A DNA stretch of 64,000 nucleotides, taken from a virus. The position numbers and the translations under genes were made by a program. The stretch spans positions 1 to 64,000 of the IMG/VR virus record IMGVR_UViG_3300033273_000550; one strand, 5' to 3'. A model generated the notes under the pieces. The model was not told where the DNA came from. It made no database searches and was given only the letters and a program-made list of their open reading frames with translations. This document shows, piece by piece, positions 55,492 to 64,000 of this stretch; within the stretch, counting starts at the first letter, position 1, and every line of letters begins with the position of its first letter.

Positions 55492-55863
55492 ATGAACTTA
55501 GATAAAGAAATCTTTAAAGGAAAAACCCTATCAGATTTATTTAGCGAGATTTATGATAATTCAAAAGAAACTAAATCTCAAGTAAAAGGGCTTATAGGTG
55601 AACTTAAACCTCTTATAGAAAACATAGGTGATGCTACTTTACTTGTTCCTATGATTAAAGAGTATATGGAAATAGGAGTAAAAAACGACGAACACCTAAT
55701 TAAGCTAGCCACAGTAATACAGAGATTAGAGATCGCTGCTACTAAAGGTGAATCTGGAGAATTTGATTTTTCTGACCTTCAAGACTTATTAGAAGAGCAA
55801 GAAGCAATGGAAAACGAAGTAAAACAAATAGGAACCGGAGAGGAAGAGAATGCCGACGACTAA
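55492..55863 (+). CDS. Hypothetical helical protein
   Basis: First ORF of the structural block. Confidence 0.75.
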   Translation: MNLDKEIFKGKTLSDLFSEIYDNSKETKSQVKGLIGELKPLIENIGDATLLVPMIKEYMEIGVKNDEHLIKLATVIQRLEIAATKGESGEFDFSDLQDLLEEQEAMENEVKQIGTGEEENADD

Positions 55864-56983
55864 TTTTTTTGCGACTAAAACAAGAAGAGAGATTGACTCT
55901 TCTACCCCTACTTATATAGTAGCAAGGGTACGAGATGTTATTCTTGATTCTACCCATCCTAATTATGAAGACCTAGGTAAAGACCAATCGATAGGTGTAA
56001 TAAAGTACGCTGCTTTAGAACAATCACTAGCTACAGAAAACCCAGAACCTCTTCCAATAGCTTTTCCACTTAATTTAACTGTTAGAGAATATCCTCTGAT
56101 TAATGAAGTAGTTTTAATACAGAGAGCTACAAGTGAAGAGAATAGTGACAGCGTAAAAAAAGATTACTACTCAACAGTAGTATCGTTATTTCAACACCCT
56201 AATAATAATGCTTACCCATTAGATAGTAAATTAGGATTAGGTAAAGACATACCATCATTAAAGAATCTAAGTAGACTACACCCCTTTCCGGGTGATTTTA
56301 TTTTACAAGGAAGATTAGGACAGAGTATAAGATTTACCGGTTATAAACACCCTAAAAACTTATTTACAAATGATTCTAATAACGCTAATCCTATTATTAA
56401 GATCGTTAATGGACAGTTTGAAACAGAAGATAGCACACAAACTACCGTTGAAGATATAAACAAAGACGGTTCTAGTATTTACTTTCTATCAAATCATTTA
56501 AGCTCTTTAGAGCAAGTTAGGGATAAAAGCAAAGCATCAAAAGTAGAACCAGTAAAAAGTAATAATTACAAAGGCAACCAAGTATTAGTTAATTCAGGTA
56601 GAATATTCTTAAATGCAAAAGAAGAAGATGTATTAGTTGCATCTAACGAATCATTCGGTGTAACATCTAAAGATGTACATTTAGATGGAGAAGACTATAT
56701 AAGTTTAGATGCATTAAAGATATATCTAGGAGAAAGAGCAAAACTGTTTGAAGGAGAGCCTGTAATCAAAGGAGATTCCTTAGAATACTTCTTAGAAGCT
56801 TTAATTAAACAGTTAGAGAGATTAGCTAAAAAGCTAACTAAAGCAAATGCAATGGGTAAACCTATACCTTTACTTAATAAAGAAGGACCTGTGATGCAAG
56901 CTAAGATGAAAAACCTACTTAGCAGAATAAACCCAGGAGGAAAGATATCAGATCTAAAATCTAAAAAGACGTTTACTGAATAA
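55850..56983 (+). CDS. Baseplate hub/spike gp5-like protein
   Basis: A.PL.....YPL.NEVV OB-fold motif, GD..LQGR.G.SIRF, NSGRIFLNAK. Confidence 0.6.
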   Translation: MPTTNFFATKTRREIDSSTPTYIVARVRDVILDSTHPNYEDLGKDQSIGVIKYAALEQSLATENPEPLPIAFPLNLTVREYPLINEVVLIQRATSEENSDSVKKDYYSTVVSLFQHPNNNAYPLDSKLGLGKDIPSLKNLSRLHPFPGDFILQGRLGQSIRFTGYKHPKNLFTNDSNNANPIIKIVNGQFETEDSTQTTVEDINKDGSSIYFLSNHLSSLEQVRDKSKASKVEPVKSNNYKGNQVLVNSGRIFLNAKEEDVLVASNESFGVTSKDVHLDGEDYISLDALKIYLGERAKLFEGEPVIKGDSLEYFLEALIKQLERLAKKLTKANAMGKPIPLLNKEGPVMQAKMKNLLSRINPGGKISDLKSKKTFTE

Positions 56984-57825
56984 TGCCACATACTATATTC
57001 AAATTAGAGGATGGCAAATTAGCCGGTATAGCAGCAGAGTTAGTAGGACAAGCTGAAGCTTATGTTGTTTCTTATGCTCAAGAAAAAGTAGAAGAAGAAA
57101 TACAAAAGTTTATAGAACAGTGTCCACCACCACCAGTGCTTAACGCTATGTCTAGAACTATTAATCAAGTTCAGAGAATTACTGGAGCTATAACCAATAA
57201 AATAAAAAAAGTAGAAGGTATTACTAAAAAGCTAGATCCACCTATCATAGGAGCTAAGATAATTATAGATATTTTAACCCACGTACTTCAAGCTAAACTA
57301 ACCGCTATAGGTTATATCCCTCCTACCGGTGGTCCCGTCCCTGGAGTAATAGTACCAGAAAGAGTAGGTAGAATATTAGACCAATCTGCCAGATTACAAT
57401 TTGCTTTAGATACAGTCGATAAATTAGAAAAGGAAAAAGATGCTATAGAAGATATAGTCTCTGACAGCGGTAGTGTGTTCGATCCTATGAATTCTAGGTT
57501 AGATCAACTACGTCTTCTTATAGAAAGATGTATGCAAGATCAAGATTTAACTAAAGATGAAAGAGAGCAGATTCTTAACGGATTGAGAGTAGCATCTAAA
57601 GATAGTAGTGGAGATTTATCTGAAGCTTATAGAAGTGAAAACGGTAAGGTTTATACAATAGAAATACAAGATGTACTAGATAACACAATCGATGTACCAA
57701 GAAGAAGAGCAGTAGCAAAAGATTTTAGAGGTATTGTAGTTATGAAAGGGCCTGCTTCTTATTCAAAAAACTTAAAAATATTAAAAGACGAAATAAAATT
57801 TAGAATTGATAATCAACTTCCATAA
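56983..57825 (+). CDS. Hypothetical structural-module protein
   Basis: TAATG-coupled within the baseplate block. Confidence 0.7.
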   Translation: MPHTIFKLEDGKLAGIAAELVGQAEAYVVSYAQEKVEEEIQKFIEQCPPPPVLNAMSRTINQVQRITGAITNKIKKVEGITKKLDPPIIGAKIIIDILTHVLQAKLTAIGYIPPTGGPVPGVIVPERVGRILDQSARLQFALDTVDKLEKEKDAIEDIVSDSGSVFDPMNSRLDQLRLLIERCMQDQDLTKDEREQILNGLRVASKDSSGDLSEAYRSENGKVYTIEIQDVLDNTIDVPRRRAVAKDFRGIVVMKGPASYSKNLKILKDEIKFRIDNQLP

Positions 57826-57842
57826 CTTAACTATTTATTAAT

Positions 57843-58274
57843 ATGAAACTAGATCAACTACGAAAAATAATTCGTGAAGAAGTAAGAGCAGCTGTTAAGG
57901 AAGAGTTACAGGATATGCTTAACGAAGCAGTTAAACATGCAAGTACACCTGACAAGCAAACCGCAGGCTATAGGGCAGTTAAACAAAAAGATTTAGCTAG
58001 AACTTGGTCTACCGGAAGAATGAATCCTGGGACTGTACCTTTAGAAGAAATGCTTAACATGACTCAACAGTCTATGACTGGAGAGGATTATAAAAACATT
58101 ACTAACTCGCAAGGAGTACATAAGCCTAACTTTGCTTCTAATATCGCTACTGATATGGGATTAACTGAACATGCAGGACCAATGCCCGGTATTGATATTA
58201 CAAAACTAGACTTTGTAAAAAATGCAAAAGCAATTTACGATAAATCTTTAGAAAAAGATAGAAATAGACTTTAA
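57843..58274 (+). CDS. Hypothetical protein
   Basis: L.KIIREEV N-terminus; follows TATTTAT. Confidence 0.75.
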   Translation: MKLDQLRKIIREEVRAAVKEELQDMLNEAVKHASTPDKQTAGYRAVKQKDLARTWSTGRMNPGTVPLEEMLNMTQQSMTGEDYKNITNSQGVHKPNFASNIATDMGLTEHAGPMPGIDITKLDFVKNAKAIYDKSLEKDRNRL

Positions 58275-58684
58275 TGGCATTAGACGTTAAAAAGATAAAC
58301 CCTTTAGATTTACAGCCTAGAAAAGCTGTAGGTGTCGACTTACCTTTTGGCGGCTCTGCTGTATTTAATTCAACATATCAAACTAAAGATGCGATTAAAG
58401 CTAATTTAATAAATTACTTTTTAACTAATAAACAAGAAAGATATCTTAACCCCGGCTTTGGAGCTGGACTTAGAGATTTACTATTCGAAAATATAGACCC
58501 AGATACTATAGAAGAGTTGTCTGATAAAATAAAAGTTGACTTAAAAGCATTCTTTCCAAGAGTTATAGTTACGAGCTTAGAGTTAACTCCTGAATATGAT
58601 CGTAATGCTATTCTTTTTAGTATGAGATATGCTATTAGAGACACAAACATTCAGGATGAGGTTTCGATAAATTTTGAACAATAA
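58274..58684 (+). CDS. Baseplate wedge gp25-like protein
   Basis: IK.NL.N..LT...ER..NP.FG..L..LLFE. Confidence 0.9.
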   Translation: MALDVKKINPLDLQPRKAVGVDLPFGGSAVFNSTYQTKDAIKANLINYFLTNKQERYLNPGFGAGLRDLLFENIDPDTIEELSDKIKVDLKAFFPRVIVTSLELTPEYDRNAILFSMRYAIRDTNIQDEVSINFEQ

Positions 58685-60480
58685 TGGCAGAAAAAAGAAA
58701 CATACAGTACATTAATAAGAACTTTGACGATTTTCGTTCAGCGTTAATAGATTATACTAAAAACTATTTTCCTGATACTTATAATGACTTTTCAAACTCA
58801 TCACCTGGTATGTTATTTATTGAAATGGCATCCTATGTAGGTGATATATTATCTTTTTATCAAGATACTCAACTACAAGAAACCTTCCTAACTCACGCTA
58901 AAGATCCTAAAAACTTATTTAATTTAGCTTATATGATGGGATATAAGCCAAAAGTAAGTGTAGTATCAGAAGCAGAAATTACTTTGACACAAACAGTAGA
59001 TGCTGATGTAAACGATCTTCCTGATTGGTCTCAAGCAGCTATTGTAAGAGAAGGATCTACACTTGAGTCTACCGATTCATCTCAAACTAAGTTTCTACTT
59101 AAGGAGACAGTAGACTTTACCGTAAGTAGCTCTTACGATCCTACTAACGTTGTAATTGCAGCATTAGATTCTAGTAATAATCCAACTTCATTTACTTTAA
59201 CTAAAAAAGCAAAAGCAGTATCTGCAGAGGTAGCTACAACGACTTTTACTATAGGTCCGGCTGAGAGATTTAAAACTATTACATTAAGTGATGAAAATAT
59301 AATCGGAATAGATTCAATCACAGATAGTGATGGAGTAGAATGGACTGAAGTTCCTTTCTTAGGACAAGATATAGTTTACAATTCTGCCTCTAATGCGGGG
59401 TCTGATGCTAATGTAGTACCTTATGAATTTACTCTAAAAAAAGTACCTAATAGGTTCGTAACAAGATTTAGAGCTGATGGCTCGTTAACAATACAATTCG
59501 GTGCCGGAACACTAAACAGTGATGACTCAGAATTCTTACCTGACCCTACTTTAGTTGGTAACGCTACCGATAACGGTGTTTCAAAACTCGACGATGCTTT
59601 TGACCCCTCTAACTTCTTATATGGTTCATCATACGGTAATGTACCAGCCAACGTAACACTTACAGTAAATTATTTAAAAGGAGGAGGAGTGAGTGCTAAT
59701 GTACCTGCTAACTCTATTACAAAAGCAGGAACGATAGTAGGTACTAATACAACAGGAGTTTCTTATAATAATACTAAACCTGCCTCAGGAGGTAGAGATG
59801 GTGATACTGTTGAAGAATTAAGAGAAAACTCTCTTAGAGCATTTAACGAACAAAATAGAGCTGTAACATTACAAGATTATGCAGTAAGAGCAGCAGCACT
59901 ACCCGCTAAGTACGGTTCAACAGCTAAAGTATTTGCTACACAAGAATCAATTAGCGCAACTAATAAAGACTCGGTTCTTGATAATAACCCGCTAGCGATA
60001 TCGTTATACGTACTAGCATATGATAACGAAGGTAAGTTAACTACTGCTACTTCAACATTAAAAGAGAACCTGAAAAATTATATACATCATTATAAAATAC
60101 TATCTGATAGCATTAAAATTAGAGATGCCTTCATAGTAAATATTGGTGTAAGATACGAAATACTAACTAGACCTGGATACTCTGGTAGAGACGTTCTTTT
60201 ACAGTGTAATATAGCTTTACAAGACTATTTTAAAACTAGTAAGAGAAGTATAAATCAACCTATTAATTTAGCTGAGCTTTATACCCTATTAGATAAAATA
60301 CCAGGAACGCAAACAGTACAGAAAATAGAAATAACTAATAAACAAGGAGGTAATTATTCTCAATATGCTTACGATGTAAAAGGAGCAACAAGAGATGAGA
60401 TAGTTTATCCATCATACGATCCTTGTATATTTGAGGTAAAATATCCTAACACAGATATAGTAGGTAGAGTAATTAAATAA
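58684..60480 (+). CDS. Baseplate wedge gp6/J-like protein
   Basis: DF...SPG..FIE..SYVGD.LSFY, FG.G, GG.D.ET..E.R and RAVT.QDY motifs. Confidence 0.9.
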   Translation: MAEKRNIQYINKNFDDFRSALIDYTKNYFPDTYNDFSNSSPGMLFIEMASYVGDILSFYQDTQLQETFLTHAKDPKNLFNLAYMMGYKPKVSVVSEAEITLTQTVDADVNDLPDWSQAAIVREGSTLESTDSSQTKFLLKETVDFTVSSSYDPTNVVIAALDSSNNPTSFTLTKKAKAVSAEVATTTFTIGPAERFKTITLSDENIIGIDSITDSDGVEWTEVPFLGQDIVYNSASNAGSDANVVPYEFTLKKVPNRFVTRFRADGSLTIQFGAGTLNSDDSEFLPDPTLVGNATDNGVSKLDDAFDPSNFLYGSSYGNVPANVTLTVNYLKGGGVSANVPANSITKAGTIVGTNTTGVSYNNTKPASGGRDGDTVEELRENSLRAFNEQNRAVTLQDYAVRAAALPAKYGSTAKVFATQESISATNKDSVLDNNPLAISLYVLAYDNEGKLTTATSTLKENLKNYIHHYKILSDSIKIRDAFIVNIGVRYEILTRPGYSGRDVLLQCNIALQDYFKTSKRSINQPINLAELYTLLDKIPGTQTVQKIEITNKQGGNYSQYAYDVKGATRDEIVYPSYDPCIFEVKYPNTDIVGRVIK

Positions 60481-60482
60481 CT

Positions 60483-61601
60483 ATGGCAACTTATAAGCTT
60501 TTTCCTGATAAAGATACATTCATATTTACCGAAGTAGTAACCGGTAATGCAGGGTATGATGAAATATTAGAGCTAGGAGGGTACCCAATACAGGGTATAG
60601 GACAGGCTCAAAGAATACTTGTTCACTTTAAAGATAGTGAAATTACAAATGTTGTATCGAATAAAATCGGACATTCTGATTATAGTGCCAGTTTAGAGTT
60701 CAAACTAGCTTCTGCATACGAGACACCTGTATCTCATTCTGTATATGCATGGCCAGTTTACGAATCATGGCAAGGAGGAGTTGGTAAGTATGCCGACGAT
60801 ATCTTAACCGGTTCAGCAGATAAATCAGGAGTATCCTGGAGGTACAGAGAAGCAGAGTCTACTAACCCGTGGACGCTATCTTCTTTTCCTGTTAATGTTA
60901 CAGGCTCTTATGTAAGTAGATACCCTGGAGGAGGAACCTGGTATACTGCGTCTAATGCTGTTAGTCTAGAAGCAACACAGAGCTTTGAAACAAATGACGA
61001 TCTAGACTTAAGCATTAATGTAACTACAGCAGTTGATCTACACAACTCAGGTACTATTGATAATAACGGATTTTTAGTAAAATTTGACGATACATTAGAA
61101 CATTTTACTTCTGCGTCAATCAGACATAAATTTTTTAGCTCTGATACAAATACCATATACCCACCTTCATTAACATTTAGATGGGACGACAGCTCTTATA
61201 GTACAGGAAGTTTGAATGTTTTAAGTACTTCAATTGCTGAAGTAGATATTACAAATAATAAAGGTGAATACCCAGATGTAGGAAAAGTTAGGTTTAGATT
61301 ATTGGCTAGACCACAATACCCTACAAGAACGTTTACAACAAGCTCTATATATAAAACTAACTACGCATTACCATCAGGTTCAACTTATGGACTGAAAGAT
61401 GAATTTACAGAAGAAATGGAAATACCTTTTGATTCACAGTTTACTAAAATTAGCTGTGATAGTACTGGTCCTTACTTCGATATTCATATGGACGGGTTGC
61501 AACCTGAAAGGTATTATAGAGTTTTAATTAAAAGTGAATTAGACGGCACAACAGCTGTTTTTAATAACGATAATGTTTTTAAGGTAGTAAGAAATGGCTA
61601 A
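60483..61601 (+). CDS. Putative virion structural protein
   Basis: Beta-rich; NNGF..K and F.S.DT.TIYPP.L motifs; located in baseplate block. Confidence 0.7.
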   Translation: MATYKLFPDKDTFIFTEVVTGNAGYDEILELGGYPIQGIGQAQRILVHFKDSEITNVVSNKIGHSDYSASLEFKLASAYETPVSHSVYAWPVYESWQGGVGKYADDILTGSADKSGVSWRYREAESTNPWTLSSFPVNVTGSYVSRYPGGGTWYTASNAVSLEATQSFETNDDLDLSINVTTAVDLHNSGTIDNNGFLVKFDDTLEHFTSASIRHKFFSSDTNTIYPPSLTFRWDDSSYSTGSLNVLSTSIAEVDITNNKGEYPDVGKVRFRLLARPQYPTRTFTTSSIYKTNYALPSGSTYGLKDEFTEEMEIPFDSQFTKISCDSTGPYFDIHMDGLQPERYYRVLIKSELDGTTAVFNNDNVFKVVRNG

Positions 61602-61956
61602 GGTACCTATTAGAAAAACAGTATTAAATAAAACTGAATTTGATAAATCAGTCGATAGAAGTTTTAAAAGCTTTGTAACTGTACAAGATGTTGAAGAGGT
61701 ACAGACGGTAGATGAGTTTTTTAAACTCTATAATAAGCTATATTATGAAATACCTATTGACGGAGATGAAAATTCACATGAGTTTCTAGTAAAAGAAAGT
61801 TCTAAGTTAATTAAAATAGAAATTACTAACGAAGAACTAGAGCCACTTTTGCAAGAAATATCTGACCTAAGAGCTCAAATACTACAGTTAAATCAAGCTG
61901 CAGTTGAAAGAGAAGAAGAGTTTAGTAATTTAGAAAGAGATAATGGCAATAATTGA
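61594..61956 (+). CDS. Hypothetical structural-module protein
   Basis: Coupled ORF with coiled-coil end. Confidence 0.7.
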   Translation: MAKVPIRKTVLNKTEFDKSVDRSFKSFVTVQDVEEVQTVDEFFKLYNKLYYEIPIDGDENSHEFLVKESSKLIKIEITNEELEPLLQEISDLRAQILQLNQAAVEREEEFSNLERDNGNN

Positions 61957-64000
61957 TTATAGTATATTACCAGCAGATCCTCAAACGTTAGATGCTTTTA
62001 ATAGTACCGACACTGCTATTGTAGAGTCGTTTGAGATAAATTCTGCTTTTAAAGCTTTTGAACATAAGCTAGATCTACATGTATATAACGTAGATAATAT
62101 ACTTTTACAAAGTTTTCCAAACTCACAAGGATACCAGATCTTAGGTGATAGTCAAACAGACAATGACGGAAATGCTGATGCTCTTTATATAGATCCTATT
62201 AAAGATGTAAAAGATACAGGATACGCCGGACAGGATATAAAATTAGTATATAACTTCCTAGACGATCTATACTCTGAAAATAAACTAGGGGTAACATTTT
62301 TTATTGAAGAAATCTCTTCTGATGGAACAGAGCTTAGACTTCTTACCACTGGACTTTCAGACGAAAGAGTAAAAGAAATTACCGATAAATTAAAAGAAGA
62401 TTTAAACAGCTCTTCTTATTTAGATTCTTTTGTTCTTAACTTTGGAGATAATAATTTACTTATTGGTGTTAATATAGATACTCAACCTTATAGAGATTAT
62501 AACTCTGTTGTAGTTAAACTATATAACCCATTACCACAAGAGTTTGGTTTAAAATCCTTACTTACCATTCAAAGACAGGTAGCTGATTCAGTAGCATATG
62601 TAGTTAATTCAACTTTCATACCTGATAAAATAAAAGTACCTTACATTAAGGGTCCTAATTTTAATGTAGAGTTAGAAGAAGATTTAACTAATCCCACACA
62701 GTTTTTAAATTATAACGATCTTTTTAGCTTTCCAGTTTCAAATAATTATAGAGAACTAAACTCTCTTTTTGCTGAAAGTAGTATCCCAATAAGTATAGAC
62801 TACTCTAACTACTCTAATTTTATTAGATTTAGTTCAGCAGAAGAAAGATTAAAAAACTTTAAGTATAAGTTAGATTTAATTGAAACTTATCAAAAGCAGT
62901 ACGACAGTGCTAGTAATACAACTGAAGCTACATTTTATTCTTCTAGTACTAATTACCATCAAGCAAATATCAATGGTATTATAAATAACTTCGATCATTA
63001 CGAAAGATTTTTATACTACAGTACAGGATCTACTTCATGGCCTAAACAAGCACCTTATAATAAACCATACACAGTAGCAACAGGTTCAGCTACCGGCTCT
63101 TGGTATACTGCTAACCTACTATCAGCTAGTAATTACGATACAACTAACTACTCTAAGTTAACCGATAGTATTCCAGAGTTTATTAGAAACGATAGTGCTA
63201 ACAATTCATTTAGCTTGTTTACTGATATGGTAGGTCAACACTTTGATAATTTATGGATATATACCAAAGCACTATCAGATAAGTACGACGGTGACAACAG
63301 GCCTGATTTTGGTGCTGCTAAAGGATTGGTAGAAGACCTATTAAAAAACTTTGGAGTAAAAGTATACAATAGCTCTAGATCAACAGAAAACTTATTTAAA
63401 ACATTTACAGGAGAGTTATACGATTCAGGTAGTGAAAGTTTAATAGGAGGAGCTAATATAATATCAGCATCTAATTCTCCTACAAGCGAGGAAGTATATA
63501 GACAGGAAGTATATAAAAGAATGTACCATAACCTCCCTTACCTTTTAAAAACTAAAGGTACTGAAAGAGGTTTAAGAGCGTTAATAAACTCGTTCGGTAT
63601 ACCTTCATTACATACAAGTACTACAAATAATGCTCTACATATTAGAACTCTCGGAGGTGGAAATAAACTACAAACAGTAAACTTCGGATTAGAGAATTAT
63701 GTTAGCTCGTCAGAATATAAAGTAAGGTTAGATGATACCGGCAGTATTGTATCCGGTAATACCTTATCTCTTTATACTTCAATAAGAAAGGATGATATAA
63801 AAATGGCTGACGATATTCATAGAACTGATATCGGCTACTCACCATCTGATCCTGTCAATGATGAAATCTACGCTTACTATGCTTCTACTGGATTTAATAT
63901 TGATGACTATATTGGTGATCCAAGAGATGCTTATAAAAAAGAATACCCTAACTTAGTAGCAACAGGAAGCAATGTAGTCGAAGAATTAACAACAAGCGGC
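61943..64000 (+). CDS. Large baseplate/tail protein (gp7-like), runs off the window
   Basis: Reads from ATG 61943 (MAIIDYSILPADP...); DMVGQHFD..W.Y and YHNLPYLLKTKGTERGLRALI..FGIP motifs. Confidence 0.75.
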   Translation, partial: MAIIDYSILPADPQTLDAFNSTDTAIVESFEINSAFKAFEHKLDLHVYNVDNILLQSFPNSQGYQILGDSQTDNDGNADALYIDPIKDVKDTGYAGQDIKLVYNFLDDLYSENKLGVTFFIEEISSDGTELRLLTTGLSDERVKEITDKLKEDLNSSSYLDSFVLNFGDNNLLIGVNIDTQPYRDYNSVVVKLYNPLPQEFGLKSLLTIQRQVADSVAYVVNSTFIPDKIKVPYIKGPNFNVELEEDLTNPTQFLNYNDLFSFPVSNNYRELNSLFAESSIPISIDYSNYSNFIRFSSAEERLKNFKYKLDLIETYQKQYDSASNTTEATFYSSSTNYHQANINGIINNFDHYERFLYYSTGSTSWPKQAPYNKPYTVATGSATGSWYTANLLSASNYDTTNYSKLTDSIPEFIRNDSANNSFSLFTDMVGQHFDNLWIYTKALSDKYDGDNRPDFGAAKGLVEDLLKNFGVKVYNSSRSTENLFKTFTGELYDSGSESLIGGANIISASNSPTSEEVYRQEVYKRMYHNLPYLLKTKGTERGLRALINSFGIPSLHTSTTNNALHIRTLGGGNKLQTVNFGLENYVSSSEYKVRLDDTGSIVSGNTLSLYTSIRKDDIKMADDIHRTDIGYSPSDPVNDEIYAYYASTGFNIDDYIGDPRDAYKKEYPNLVATGSNVVEELTTSG

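Noticed and set aside
1780-61156. Most minus-strand ORFs in the track
   Set aside because: They lie wholly opposite well-supported genes and lack start signals; only 50963-51157 and 50783-50959 have promoter support
1-64000. Alternative genetic code (stop-codon recoding)
   Set aside because: TAA, TAG and TGA all end genes cleanly and coding density is high under the standard code

Overview
AT-rich, gene-dense segment of a large lytic myovirus-type (T4-like baseplate) phage genome, read in the standard code and almost all on the + strand. The likely host is Bacteroidota/Flavobacteriia, judged from TTG-N20-TAnnTT(T/A)A promoters, a bS21 gene and an Hc1-like protein. In order: the 3' end of metK; a hsp20-groES-groEL chaperone block; an SGNH-like/APRT/nucleosidase/sulfotransferase block; a secreted module (CsgG-like, cohesin-like and beta-barrel-like proteins); a lysis module; Nmad1 and a Cas4-like nuclease; a 13-gene nucleotide-sugar/glycosyltransferase cluster; two tRNAs; a circularly permuted ATP-grasp-like protein with three tandem Hint domains followed by a peptide, two 2OG-Fe(II) oxygenases and a SET gene; an early region of small genes each behind a repeated promoter cassette; radical SAM, HD and gp55-like sigma genes; and the start of the baseplate module. 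The best candidate for an undescribed system is the ATP-grasp/triple-Hint locus (37571-41495). Other strong leads: the CsgG-like module, an over-represented TTCCGGAA palindrome, a 39-nt covarying element present twice, [ST]GS motifs in virion-type proteins, and a shared C-terminal x-L-I tail on tailoring enzymes. All family calls are by eye from motifs; no database search was run.
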